Both the position numbers and the translations under genes were made by a program. Positions 27,255 through 39,246 of a DNA stretch of 64,000 nt are shown piece by piece. Numbering within the stretch: the first letter of the stretch is position 1; every line of letters begins with the position of its first letter. Under the pieces are notes generated by a model. That model had not been told where the DNA came from and did no database searches. It was given only the letters and a program-made list of their open reading frames with translations. The stretch covers positions 248,001 to 312,000 of the forward strand of contig QPMI01000428.1 in the NCBI GenBank assembly GCA_004431415.1, written 5' to 3'. This DNA comes from Cyanophora paradoxa CCMP329. Lineage: Eukaryota > Plantae > Glaucophyta.

Positions 27255-30235
27255 TCAGTCGGCGCTAGAGGCGGCGGCGGGCGGCGGGGCAGGCGGAGGC
27301 CGGGAGGCCGCAGGGCGACTCGACGAGGGCCCCGCCCCAGCGAAGCCCGCCCCCGCGCCTCTTCCCTGCGCCCCGCCCCGGCCCGCCCCAGTCAGCCGCT
27401 GAGGGGCGCGGTAGGAGGCTCCGAGCTTAAGAACGAAGGGTAAAAGCGCGCGGCGCGCTGGGGAGACACGTGCGCGTCGGGAGAGAGCGAGAGGAAGGCA
27501 GTGCACGCGGGCTTCGGGGCGGGGCGCAGAGGTTGGGGGGGGGGGGGGGGGGGGGGTAGAGATGGGGGAGCGGCGGCTCCCGAGGCCTCCTATCTCCTCG
27601 GGCCTAGGCGAGTCTCCAAGGCGGAGCGGCGGTTTCCTATCCCTAGAGCTGGGCCTAACAGCTGCAGGAGAGCGAGAAGGCGGCGGGCGGGCGGGGGGGG
27701 CGGGCCTTCGGGGCGGGCGTAGACGGTGCCGTTGAGGTACTCGGGGGTGACGCAGGCGCCAGCCTCCATGCAGAAGCAGTCCCCCGCCCCCTGCTCCCCG
27801 CCCCGTCAGCGCCACCCCCGTCAAAGGAGCGCACCCCTGCGCCCCGCCCCGCCCCGCCCCGCCCCGCCCCGCCCCCCTCAGGGCCGCCCTAGAAAGAAAC
27901 TATTCTGACTAGAGGCCTAGCACGCCGACGGCCAAGGGGTACGGGAAAGGAGGGCACCATGGCGCAGCGGCACTCGGCGGAGGCCATGCAGTAGCAGTCG
28001 CCCTCCGCCTGCCCGCGCCGTTGGGGCGGGGAGGGGGGGGGGGTAGAGGGGGGCTGGGGGGGTAGAGGGGTAGGGGCGCGCCTGCTCGCAGGTGCAGACG
28101 CCGCCGTCGCCGCAGACGCAGGGCCCGCGGTGCTCCCGCCCGCACCCCGTGACTGCAAAAAAGGATGGGCGGGAGGAGGAGGAGGGGCGTGGGGGGCGAA
28201 AAGGCGCACAGGGCGGGGAGAGCGGTGGGGCCGGGGCCGGGAGAGAGAGGGCGGGGGGCCAGCCGGCCGCCACGTCCGTCCCCGCGGCCGGGAGCGGCAT
28301 GCGGAGGCCCAGGGCGAAGGGCACCTCCTGCCCCTTGTCCAGCAGGAACACCTGCGGGGGGAAGGGGGGGTACGTGGGCCGGAGAAGTTTCGGGGGGTAC
28401 GGAGATCGGGGAGGGGGGTACGCGCGTCGGCGGAGAGCTCGCGCTCGAGCAGGCGGACGTTGCGGAGGTCGATCAGCAGCGCGCGGTTGGGCGTCGCCTG
28501 CAGCCGCGATCAGGGGGGTGCCGGTGCGTCGGAGGGGTACGGCGCGCCTCGAGGGTCCCGTCGGCGACTGCGGGCGAGCGGACGGGCGAGATCAGGAGAA
28601 AGGGAGGGGTACGGACGGAAATGATCCGGAGGGGGGGTACCGGGGACGACGAGGGAAACATCGCGAATGAAGAAGGCCGCCGCGGGGTCCGCAAACTGGA
28701 CTTTGACCAGCAGCCGCTGCGCCGAAAGCGGGTCGGAGGGGGTACGCGTGGACCGGGAAGGGGCGACGGGTACGGGGTTCGCGGGCGTGGACGATTCGGC
28801 GGCGGCGAGGGAGAAGGATGTGAGGAGGAGGCCGGAGGCGTTGAGGGGTACGAGCGGCCCGCCATCCGAAGCGACGCACGCCACGCGGCAGCCGTCCGCC
28901 GACGCCTGAGCGCAGCGCAGCGGAGGGGCGTCGGGCGGGCGCCCAGGGGGCAGGGGAGGGGCGGGGCCGGCGCGCGCGCGCGCCTCGCAGGCCGGGGGCA
29001 GGGCGAAGGTGCCGCAGCCCGGGACGCTCGAGGGGCGCGGCAGGGCGGGGAGCCGGCGGCCGGCCCGTCGCCAGCGATCACGAACGGCTCCGAGAGCGAC
29101 GAGACCTGCGCGGGGCGGGCGGTCAGCGGCGAGGCGGCGGGCGGGCGGGCGGGCGGGCGGGCGGGGGGCTCGCGCGCGCCTTCTCCGCGCTGACGGCGTC
29201 TCCGGACCACCAGGCGCCTGCGGGAAGATCAGACCAAAGTGAGGGCAGAGAGCGGAAAGACGGGAAAGGGGTACCCCAGACGCGGTAGCTGCCGGGGAGG
29301 ATCGAGGCGGGGATCAGCCAGTTCAGCTTCCCTGCGGGGCGGGCGGTGAGGGCGGGCGCCGGGCTGGCGCAGGGCGGGGGCGGGGCGGCGGGGGAGACGG
29401 GGGCGACGAACCGTAGTTCCACTCGACGCCGATGCGGGCGACGAGGGGCCGGGCGAGGACGAGGCCGTCGGGCGGGCCGGCGGCGAGCGTCTCGGGGATC
29501 GCGCTGTCCCGCACCAGCGCGAAGAAGAAGCTGCCCGCGGAGCCGACGCGTGGGCGGCGGCGGAGGCGGCGGCGGGGCGGGGCGAAGGCGGGGCGGGGCG
29601 TGCGGACCGGTCCTGGTTCTGCATGCCGCGGGAGGTCCAGCGGATCTGCAGGAAGCTGCCGGCGCGGGCGATCACGCTGTCGTCCGGCAGCACGAGCCGC
29701 AGCGACCCGAACGGCCGAGACGGGTCCGCCGCTGCGCCGGCCCAGGTTCGAATTTTGAGCTTGGAAGCGCAAGGGGAGGGACGCACGGCCACACTCGTCG
29801 AGCGCGCGCATGAGCGGTGCGAACGGTTTGCCGATGAAGCCCTCCGTGCGGCACTGCAGCACGCTGGGAATGTGTGAGGGATCGGCGACCCAGCGCTTCG
29901 GGTCGGCATGCGGGGTCCGGCGGCGCGTGCAGAGCGCAACAGCGGGCGGAGCACCTATCGCCCCATGCGGGGAGGCACGTCGCGTCGCCGGAGCACCAGC
30001 GGCAGCCCTTGGAGAACTGGCCGGAGGCGACGCACCGGTCGCAAGTCTGCAATCCGAAGCGCGTCAGCGGATCTGAGCACGGAAACGGAGGGAATGGTTG
30101 CGCGCGCACCGTGCCGTCAAACTTCTGGCAGTCCGCGCGCTCCCCGTTCCGCTCGTCGCTGTCCGCGCGGTTCGCGAGCGCGGGCGCCAGGAGCGCGAGG
30201 AAGAGCAGCGCGAGCCTTGCACGCGAGCTCGCCAT
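27255..30235 (-). CDS. Secreted Cys-rich protein (PSI-like N-terminus, beta-sandwich-like middle, Cys-rich C-terminal repeats); 3' end uncertain
   Basis: Signal peptide MASSRARLALLFLALLAPALA. TCDRCV...CRWCSGDATC is PSI-like. Middle motifs GSFLQIRW and LNWLIPASILPGSYRV. C-terminal repeats GPCVCGDGGVCTC, GDCYCMASAECRC and GDCFCMEAGAC. Confidence 0.6.
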
Positions 30236-30572
30236 CGCGGAATGCCGAAAAAGTACGGTCGACGTCCGCAACTGGACGTTACTGCGACCCGAATGCGAGG
30301 GTTCGACTCCAGGCGGGACCGTCTCCGTTCGCAACTCCGAGCAGCCGCTGAGCCGCACAGACGACGGCGTGAGGCTCACGTCAGGCACCAGGCAGCGTCG
30401 TGCCAGAGCGTTGGCAACGCGAAGAAACCGCAACGGCCGCCGGAAGCCGCGCAACAGGCTCCGCACCGGTCAAGCAGCGGGCGGCCCGCGTCCGTTGAGG
30501 GGCGCGGCGCTCTAGCCGATTGTCAGCGCGGCGTTCGGCTGCGATGGACCGGCCCGGGAGGGAGCAGAGCCG

Positions 30573-33500
30573 CGATGACTTCCTGTCGCGGTTCTGCGCC
30601 TCGCTGCCGCCGCACGAGCGCGCGAAGATGCTGACTATCGGACTGGTGAGGATCCGACCCGCCGCAGCGATCTCCGAGGGGCTCACGTGAGGGGCTCACG
30701 GGGCCGCCGCAGGACGAGCTCTGCTCGCACTCGGCGTGCTGCTCGCGGGACGGGGCGGAGCGCGTGCTTGCGGTCCTGAGCGGGCGAGAGCCCGTGCCCG
30801 AGATCCCGACGCTCGGCTCGGGCGCCGCGGAAGCGCTCTCTCAGCTCTCCTTCCAGCTCCAGGTCAGCCCGCGCGCGGTTCGAACCCGGAGGAGCGCCCG
30901 CCCGATTTGATCCGGGCCGCCGCAGGTCTGCCGCCTCGACGCCGAGGGTCTGACGGAGATCGCCGTGCTGTCGGAGCCGGCGCACGCGTCGCTCTCGGCC
31001 CCGCCGGAGAGCTGCCCCGCCCGCGTCCTCGTCGCCTTCGGCGCGCTCGGCGACCTCTTCGCGGCGCTCGCGTCGGAGCCGCCGGGCGCCGCCTGCCGCC
31101 TCCGCCTGTACGTCGACGTGGCCCCCGCGCCCCGCGCCTCCCCAGCGTCCGCCTCCTCCTCCTCCGCCGCCGCCGGTCCCTCCTCTTCTTCCGCCTCTGC
31201 CTCCTCCTCGTCCTCCTCGGACCGTCGCCCGCTCCTGCGGGCCGTGCACCCCATCCGCCCCGTGCTGCTCGTCCAGTGGTCCGCTACCCCCCTCCTGCCC
31301 CCTCGCCCGTGCTTCTCGTACCCCTACGGCCCCCGCCTGACCGCACGGGAGCAGGCAGTTCCCCCTGGCGAACCTCGCGGCGCAGCTCGGCCCCGCCGGA
31401 TGCTGCGTCGCAGTGAACGAGGACTGCGCACAGGGCCCCACCTACGTCTGCGGTCCGCCCCTAGTTGAACTTGACATTAGATGGACCCGCCCTGATTCGA
31501 ACCCGGGACCGCAGGCACGTTCATCGAGTGCCACGAGGTCCGGCGCTTCCACGCGGCGCCCTCGCCCGGCGCGGTGGCCCGCTCGCTCGCCGCCCTACCC
31601 CCCACCAACTGCGCTCGAATTGCCGTACTCTCCGACCGGGACGCCCCCCCCGGCTCGCCCCCCCTCCTCCGCTTCGGCCCCATCTCCTTCGCATTCGAGG
31701 CGAGCCTATCCCTCTCCGCCTTCATCCCCCCCCTGACCTGCCCCCTCAGTACTCGCTCGTGGAGCGCTCGTTCGTGCCGGCGGTCTCGCCGCGCCTCGCG
31801 CCGCCCTCCCCGCGCCCCCAGGCGAGCCCAAGACCCCCCCCCCCTCGTTCCCCACCCCCCGGGTTTTTACGGTACCCCCTCCAGCAGGCGGGCCCCCCGC
31901 TCTCGGCGCGCGAGCTGCAGCGCCTCGCGGCGAACTTCGCGTCGCACGTCCTCGAGGAGGCCCGTACCCCGTAACCCCGTCCGATATTTTCCGTACCCCT
32001 CTCAAATCTTTCCCCCCTACCCCATTACAGGTCCGGGACAGCGGGGGCCAGGGCACCAGCGCCCTCGAGAGCCTACCCCTCGCCTGCGTCGTGCGCCCCC
32101 GCCGCCCGCCGCCGCCCCGCCCCGTACCCTCCTCGAACTTCTTCCCCCCAGGTGGAGATCCCGGACGAGTCGCTGTGGGGCGCGGCGCTCTCGCTGGTCC
32201 CGTCGGCGCCTGTACCCTCCGTGGCCCTGGAGGTCCCCGGAGGCTCCTTGGAGGGCCTCGTGGCCCTGCTGGCGCGCTGCCAGGGCCTCATCCAGTTCAA
32301 CCGCGTCTGCGGCAGGCGCGCCCGCCCTCCGCGGCTCGGTCTCGGCTATCTTGGCTTGTAGACTCGGATCTGACGCATACGTACCCCCCGCAGCTTCCTC
32401 CCCCCGCCCCTGACGGCCACGTGGGACGCCGTCCGCGATCGCTACCGCGCCCTCTGCTCCGACGCGGTACCCCTCCTTCCCGCCCCACGAAATCGCGTAC
32501 CCCCTCCCAACCGACCCGGCCCGTCCCGGGTACAGGGGCGCGAGATCGCTGAGCTGGAGCGCATTGACGCTGCGATCGCGTTCCTCGACGCGTCCCTCGC
32601 CGAGCGCGAGGCGCGTACCCCCCCCCCCGCGCCCTTCATCCCTCCCACAGCATTCGAAGTACCCCCCGCACCCGCAGACGGGGGCGCCGGGGGCGGGCGC
32701 GAGGCGGCGGACGCTGATCCCGCGGGGGGCCCTCCCCGCCTCGAGCTGCTGCTCCTCCTTCTACCGCTACGCCTACAGGCGCGCCCCTTCTCCCTCCTCA
32801 AAGGCGGGAAAGCGGCGATACCCCTCCTAGACTAGTTTAGTCTAGCCCCGCGGCCCCTCCACCTCTACCCCTCCCCGCCCCCCACCTCTTCCCAACCGCT
32901 AATACAGTCTAGCCTAGTCTCGCTCGGCAGCCATTCACCTCTCCCCACCCCTAGTCTCCTAGTCTAGTCCAGCCCGGCAGCCCGGCCCGCCTCCTCCCAC
33001 ACGCCTCCTTCCAACCGCGTACCCCCCTGCGCAGCTGCGTGGCGGGGTGCTCGTGGCAGCACGCGGTGGACACGCGGGACGCGGCCGGCGTCGCGGCGCG
33101 CCGGCGCGACGTCCTCGCCGCCCTCCGCGACCTCTCCCTCGCCACCGCCGCCGCCGTCCGCCCGCCCCTCCCTTCCCCCTCATCTTCTCCTCGCTTTCTT
33201 ACTTATGTATGAGCGCGTGCAGGCCGAGCGCGCGGGGCTCTCCCCCGCCGCCCGTGCGCCTCCCCTCTCCTCTCCCCCTCCTCCTCCATCCTACGCCACC
33301 CTCACGCCCCTCCCCGCAGAGGGGTCGCTGGCGGGGGCGGCGGACGCGGGGTGCCCGGGGCCGGAGGGGGTCTTCGGGGGCGATGCCGGCCTCGCCAGCC
33401 CCGCCCGCCTCTCCGCCTTCCTCCAGAAGGCGCGCGAAAGCAATGGAGAGGAAGAACATAGAATGCCTTCTACAGAAGGCTCATAACTGAAAGGAGAAGA

Positions 33501-36500
33501 AGAGATTAAGAGCCGCACGGCTAATAATAGAACGACGCCGCCTCCGCCCCCGCCTGACCCTTCCGCCCCGCCCGCGCGCAGATGCCGCCGCTGCCGCCGG
33601 ACGCGCTGCCGGCGGCCCAGTGCCTCGTCCTCCGCCTCGCCCAGGCGCGCCCGTACCCCCCCTTCCCGACTTCTCTTGGGGGCGGCTAGAGGGGACACCT
33701 CTCGCCCCGCCGACTGCTAAACGCGATGGCTCCGACCGCTCCTACCCCCCCCCCCCCCCCCCCCGCGACCCCCGACCCCCCGACCCCCCGACCCCGGAGA
33801 GAGGGATAGCCCGACGGCTAGACGCGACGGCTAGACGGGGCACTGCCCGCGCGTTCCCCGCCCTTACCTTACCTTCTTCCCCTCTGCAGCGCACGCGGCA
33901 CGAGCTCGCGCTGGCCCCCATCTCCTACGAGGTTAGTACCCCCAACCACCGCTTTCCCCGCCTCCCTCCCCCATCCCGCACCCCCTCCGACGCGCGGCGG
34001 CCAGCTCTACTCCCTCCGGGCCCAGTTCTCCCAGCAGGTGCCCCTCCCTCCCCCCTCCCCCTCCACCCACCCACCCGCCCGCCCACCCCTCCCCCCCGCC
34101 AGGCGGGGCTGGTGGCGCTGCTGCGGGGCCTGCTGGCGGCGCACGCGGCCGAGCTCGCCATCGCCCGCGTCAAGGTGTGTCCCGGGGCGGGGCGAGGGCG
34201 GGGCGAGGGGGCGCCGATCTGGGGAGATCGATGAGGAGATAGGTAGCTGGGGAGATGGATAGGGGATATAAGGGGCCTAGAGGCCTAGAAATGTGCCCGC
34301 CCCGGGGTCGGCCCGCCCCGCTCGGCCCCGCCCCGCCTGACGAGGTCCTCAGGCGGCGTACCTGGCGGTGCACGGCTCGCCGGCGCCCTCGCCGCCCCTC
34401 TCCCCGGCCCTCTTCGGGCCGCCCTCGCCCCGCGGAGCCGCAGCCGGGCGCGCCTCCCCCGCCTCGGCCCCCGCCTCGGCCCGCTTCTTCCTCGCGGAGG
34501 GCGGCGCCGCCGCCGCCTCCGTCGCCTCGCCGCGGGCCGTGCCCCCCCGCTCCTGCCCCCGCCCTCCGCCTCCTCCTCCTCCTCCTCGCCCCCTCCGCGA
34601 GCTCCGTCTCGTCTCTCCTGCCCCGAGTACTCTCCCTGTTCGAGCGAGACCGGCCGGCGCCCTCGCCGTCCGCCCCCGCCCCCGCCCCCGCCCCCGCCTC
34701 CGCTTCCACGGCCGCCGCAGCCGCCGAGCGGTCCTCGGCCTTCGCGCCCTTCCGACGGGGCGCGGCCGCGCAGACGCCGCCGCCGCCGGGCGGGAGCCCG
34801 CCGCCGCCCGGGGGGTCGACCCGTGCCTGCCCGTCGTGACGAGCCCCTCGAAGCGCTTCTCGGACGCGCTCTCGCAGGAGGCGGCGGCGGCCGCCTCGTC
34901 GCTCGCCGCGGCGGCCTCGAACCTCGCGACGGCGGCGGCGACGGCCATCAGCGCGGCCCGCGAGGACCTCTCCTCGGCCCTGCAGCGGGTCGACCGTGAC
35001 CGAGGCGGCGGAGGCGGCGGAGGCGGCGGAGGCGGAAGCGGCGGGGGCCGTGTTCTGCTCGCCAGCGACGGCGGGAGCGTGTCGCCGCTCGTGCCCGATC
35101 CCGACGCCTGCCCCGAAGCGATGCCCCCGGCCCCGCCCTCCTCGCCCCCGCCCATTCTCTCTTCGGCGTCCTCCTCCTCCGCCCGCCCCGCCGCGCCGCC
35201 TGCCGCGCAGGCGCCGGCGCCGGAGGCCCCCGCGCCGCCCCCGCGGCACCCCTCGCCGCCGGGCGGGCCCATCCTCCGGTACACCGCCGGTGGCGGCGGC
35301 GGCGGCGACGACGGCGGGAGCGGGAGTGGGAGCGGGAGCGGGGGGTACGACCGCGACGACGAGCTGGAGGCGCTGCGCGAGCAGGCGAGCCAGCGATCCA
35401 GCCCCGGCCCCGGCCCCTTGCGCTTAAGCAGCCAGCCGCCCGCCCCGCCCACGCTGACCGCTTGGAGCGGCAGATCCGGGTGATGCGGGCGGAGCAGGCG
35501 GACGCGGAGGCGCGGGCGGAGCGGGACGCGCAGCGCGCCGAGCGCGCCGGCCGCGAGCTCTCCGACGGTGCCGCCCCGCGGCCCTGGTCTAGCTCTCTAG
35601 TCTAGCTCTAGCTCTAGCTCTCTAATCTCTGACTCTAGGTTCTAGCTTCTAGCTCTAGGTCTCTAGCTCTAGGTCTAGCTCTAGGCCTCGCCCCGCCCCG
35701 CCCCGCCCCCGCCTCCTCCCAACCTCTGACGTGGACCCCGCGGGGCGCCGGGGCGGGGCGCAGCGAGCTACAGCGTGCGGGAGCTGAAGGCGTTCGTGCG
35801 CGAGTACGACGCCCGCGTCGCCGCCCTCGAGCGCGACCTCGCAGCCGCCCGCGTCCGCACCATCCCCCCCCCCCCCCCCCCCCTGCTCCCCCTCCGCCCC
35901 CCTTCCCCCCCCCCGCCCCGCCCCCGCCCCCGCCCCCGCTCCCGCCCCCGCCTCTGTAGCTTCCTACAGCTTCAGACCCTCTCTCCGCTTCCTCTCTTCA
36001 AACCCACTCCGCCCACCTTCACTCTCTCCCTGACGCCCCGCGCTCCCGTGCAGGCGGAGGCGCGGTCGCTGGGGGAGGCGGCGGCGTGGGGCCAGTCGCG
36101 GGTGGAGAGCCTCGCCGCCGACCTCGCCGACGCCGTCGACGTCCGCCAGGTGGGGCCCCGCCCCGGCCCCCGCCCCGCCCCCGCGCCCCCCGCCCTCTTC
36201 GCTTTGCTTCTGGCCCCGGGCCCCCGCCTTAGCGTTAGCGTTAGCTTCGAAGCTTCAAAGCCCCGGGTCCGCCCGAGGCTTGGCCCCCCCGGGTCCAGCT
36301 CGAGCTTAGGGTTAGCTTTAGCACCGCCCCGCTGGGCCGGGCCCAACCCGGGCCAGATGCAGCCATTGGCGTTCGCTTCAAAGTTTCGCTTTACCGGCGC
36401 TTACCCTGGCCCCGGGCCCCCGCCCCGTCCCGCCCCCGGACCCGGACCCCCGCCCTCTTCGCTTCGCCTCGGTCCCCGGGCCCCCGGGGTGAGGCTGGCG

Positions 36501-37378
36501 GCTCTCCCTGCCCGGATCTGACCCCTCCTCGCCCGGCAGCGGCTGGAGGCGGAGGCGGGGTCGCTGCGGGGGGCCGTCGCGGCGCTGCGGGGCGACCCCG
36601 CCGCCCTCCGCGCCCTCGACGCCCCCGCCCTCGCCTCCCTCAAGGCGCGCCCCTTGAATTTTATATATCTCGCCTTTGAATTTGAGTGCTCACCCGCGCC
36701 CCGCAGTGCGCGCTGGCGGAGGCGCTGCGGGCGGTGGGGGAGGAGCAGGTGCAGCGCGCCGTGCGGGAGAAGGAGCGCGAGCTCCGCCGCCTCGTCGAGG
36801 ACAAGCGCCTCTGCAAGGTCCGACGGCCCCGTCCCCGCGAGAAATTGAACGTGGCAGACCTAGAGTCTAGACATCCCCCGCCCGTCCCCCGTCTCTGCAA
36901 GGTCCCGTCCCCCGCCCGGCCCAACCCTCCCCCAGTCTAGACATAGTGCACCAGAGTAGGATTCTTAGCAACGACATCATGGCATTAGCAGAACTTCTAG
37001 TGGCTTCTAGATCTAGTCTAGACGCGTCCCCGCCCCGCCCCGCGAGGCATCGAGCGCGCGAGGCCTAAAGAGAGATCTAGACGGGCCCCGCCCGCCCCGC
37101 CCCTCCCCCGAGAAATTGAACGAGCTAGATCTAGAGTGTCTAGACGTAGTGCACCAGAGTAGAATTCTTAGCACCATGGCATAGCTAGCTTCGCCCGCGG
37201 CCGTCCCGCCCTGCAGCCGACCCTCTCACCCCGCGCGCAGGTGTGCTTCGAGCGGGACTGCGACTGCCTGCTGGAGCCGTGCGCGCACCTCGTCCTCTGC
37301 TCGGGCTGCGCCGAGCGCTCGGCGGACTGCCCGCTCTGCCGCCAGCCCATCGCTTTCCGCCGCAAGGTTTTCGTCTAG
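30573..37378 (+). CDS. Large multi-exon protein ending in a coiled coil and RING-HC (IAP/MDM2-like C3HC4) domain; may be two genes
   Basis: Last exons LVEDKRLCK|VCFERDCDCLLEPCAHLVLCSGCAERSADCPLCRQPIAFRRKVFV* (stop 37376-37378). Upstream coiled-coil exons (VRELKAFVREYDARVAALERDL). The 5' structure is only loosely resolved. Confidence 0.6.
35588..35686. repeat. Intronic degenerate (CTCTAG/TCTAG)n microsatellite
   Basis: Run tctagctctctagtctagctctagctctag...tctagctctagg within otherwise very GC-rich DNA. Confidence 0.7.
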
Positions 37379-37930
37379 GCTAGGCCCGGGCCCGCCGCCC
37401 CCTCCTAAGCTTGCCCTTCCCCTTCCCCGCTCCGGCCGCGGGGCCAACACATGGCAGCCTCGGCGCCGGCCGCTTTTTGCTCGACTGTACTGTACTGTAC
37501 ATAAGAGGTCTGCGAATATGAATCAAGTGTCCCACACGCGGGCCCTTTTCCGGGCCCACACGCGCCAGCCTCGGCGCCGGCCGAGCTTTGTTCTCGACTA
37601 CTGCACATAAGGAAATTTTGATTTCTCGGTTTCTGTACATAAGAAGAGAAATTCGGCATGTTTAAGCCCCCTTCGTCTAGGCCCCCGCCCCCGCCCCCTC
37701 CTAAGCTTGCCCTTCCCTTCCCCGCTCCGGGGCCAACACATGGCAGCCTCGGCGCCGGCCGCTTTTTGCTCGACTGTACTGTACTGTACATAAGAGGTCT
37801 GCGAATATGAATCAAGTGTCCCACACGCGGGCCCTTTCCCGGGCCCACACGCGCCAGCCTCGGCGCCGGCCGTGCTTTGTTCTCAATCGCGAGTGTACAT
37901 AAGGAAATTGTGATTTCTCTCTTTCTGTCG
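37372..37930. repeat. ~300 bp tandem duplication of the RING gene 3' flank
   Basis: The block cgtctagg..cctcctaagcttgccc..gggccaacacatggcagcctcggcgccggcc..actgtactgtactgtacataagaggtctgcg..cataaggaaatt occurs at ~37372 and again at ~37674. Confidence 0.9.
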
Positions 37931-38169
37931 GGCTGTATACGTAGGTCTACGAATACGATTCAACTGTTGCGATCAAATCGGCCATCTAGAGAGACGACGG
38001 TCTCGAGGGTCGTTCCCAGGGCCATCACCTGTGCCCGTTTTAGCAGTGTACAGGCCCGCGAGATTCAGGCCCGCGAATTCTGACACGCGAAATTTAAAAC
38101 CCGCGGCCGCGGCCAGTGAATAATTATATACAGGCGCGCACCGCGCGAACGAGGGGCATCGCGCTCGCT

Positions 38170-38506
38170 GTGTCCAGGTGGGCATTCGTGATCCCAGGAA
38201 AGATATGCTGCACATCCGCACGCGGATGACCATGAGTTGTTGCGAGCACGAGCGCAATGTAAATGTTGAAAAGCGCACGCAGAGCCTAGAAAGAATTCGG
38301 CCGACAGCCTCCGGATCCACGGACGCGACGCGAAATACGGCGCAAGGCATTCCCTTCATCGCGCCCGCGACCCGCTCCGCGAACGGCGCGGCGGCGTCGG
38401 GCGTCGTCGCCTCCGCGCGGGCGACGTGCGAAAAGAGGTCCTCCGCCGACTGCGGCACGCCCGCGACTCCGGCGCGCCGCCGCCGGTCGGCCTCCTTATC
38501 TTTCAT
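38170..38506 (-). CDS. Small hypothetical protein or gene fragment
   Basis: MKDKEADRRRRAGVAGVPQSAEDLFSHVARAE...PCAVFRVASVDPEAVGRILSRL followed by a gtgcg donor. The 3' end is unresolved. Confidence 0.3.
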
Positions 38507-39246
38507 AGCCAAATCGTTCGGTTTAGCGCGCGAGCGACGTCGCGCGCGCACCGTCGAAAGCCAGAATCAAGAGCACGTTCTCAGCGCTCGTTTCCTGCTC
38601 GTCGCCGGAGCCCTCTTCGAATTCGGGGTTCGCCGGCGTTGGATCCTGCGCAAATGGCAGGTCGGCGCGGCGCCGGCGCGCGAAATTGAATATTGCACGC
38701 GCACCGAGGCAGACTGAGCCGGGCCTCCCATATTTATGGCCCACGTCAACGTGCTCGCCGCTCGCCGACCTTCCCGATTTCGCAGTTCACCCAGCAGGCC
38801 TCTCTGGGATCGATCCTCTCGAGCTCCCTTCATATATCTCTAGCTGGATTTTGCCCTCAATTTGTTCCCTCAATTGCAAGGGCCGGGCTCCAGTCCGTCC
38901 CCGCGCAAATCTCGCGAGCCCTCGATCACACCTCTCCCCGTCACCCCTCAGGGCCTCTCCCCCCCCCCCCCCCCCCCCCCCCGGATCCCCCCCGGCCCTT
39001 TATCTCCCCCGGCAGGCGGATGTTGCTTTGCAGCCAGCCGATCGCTTTCCGCCGTCTAATTATAACACATTTTCTGCAAAAATCGGCGCTCCTGTCGGTT
39101 GCATGAATTGGAGAAATCGACCGAATATGAATATTAATGTCTCCCTTATTGAAGCTCCCCTCCGAGGCTCTCCTCGAATCTCTCATTGGTCGCGATCGAT
39201 CGCGATATCTGCAGACCAGCGCTAGCAGACCAGCGAAAAGCGAGCA

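Noticed and set aside
22085-35483. Many long Arg/Gly/Pro-rich ORFs in the ORF track
   Set aside because: Shadow ORFs of very GC-rich spliced genes.
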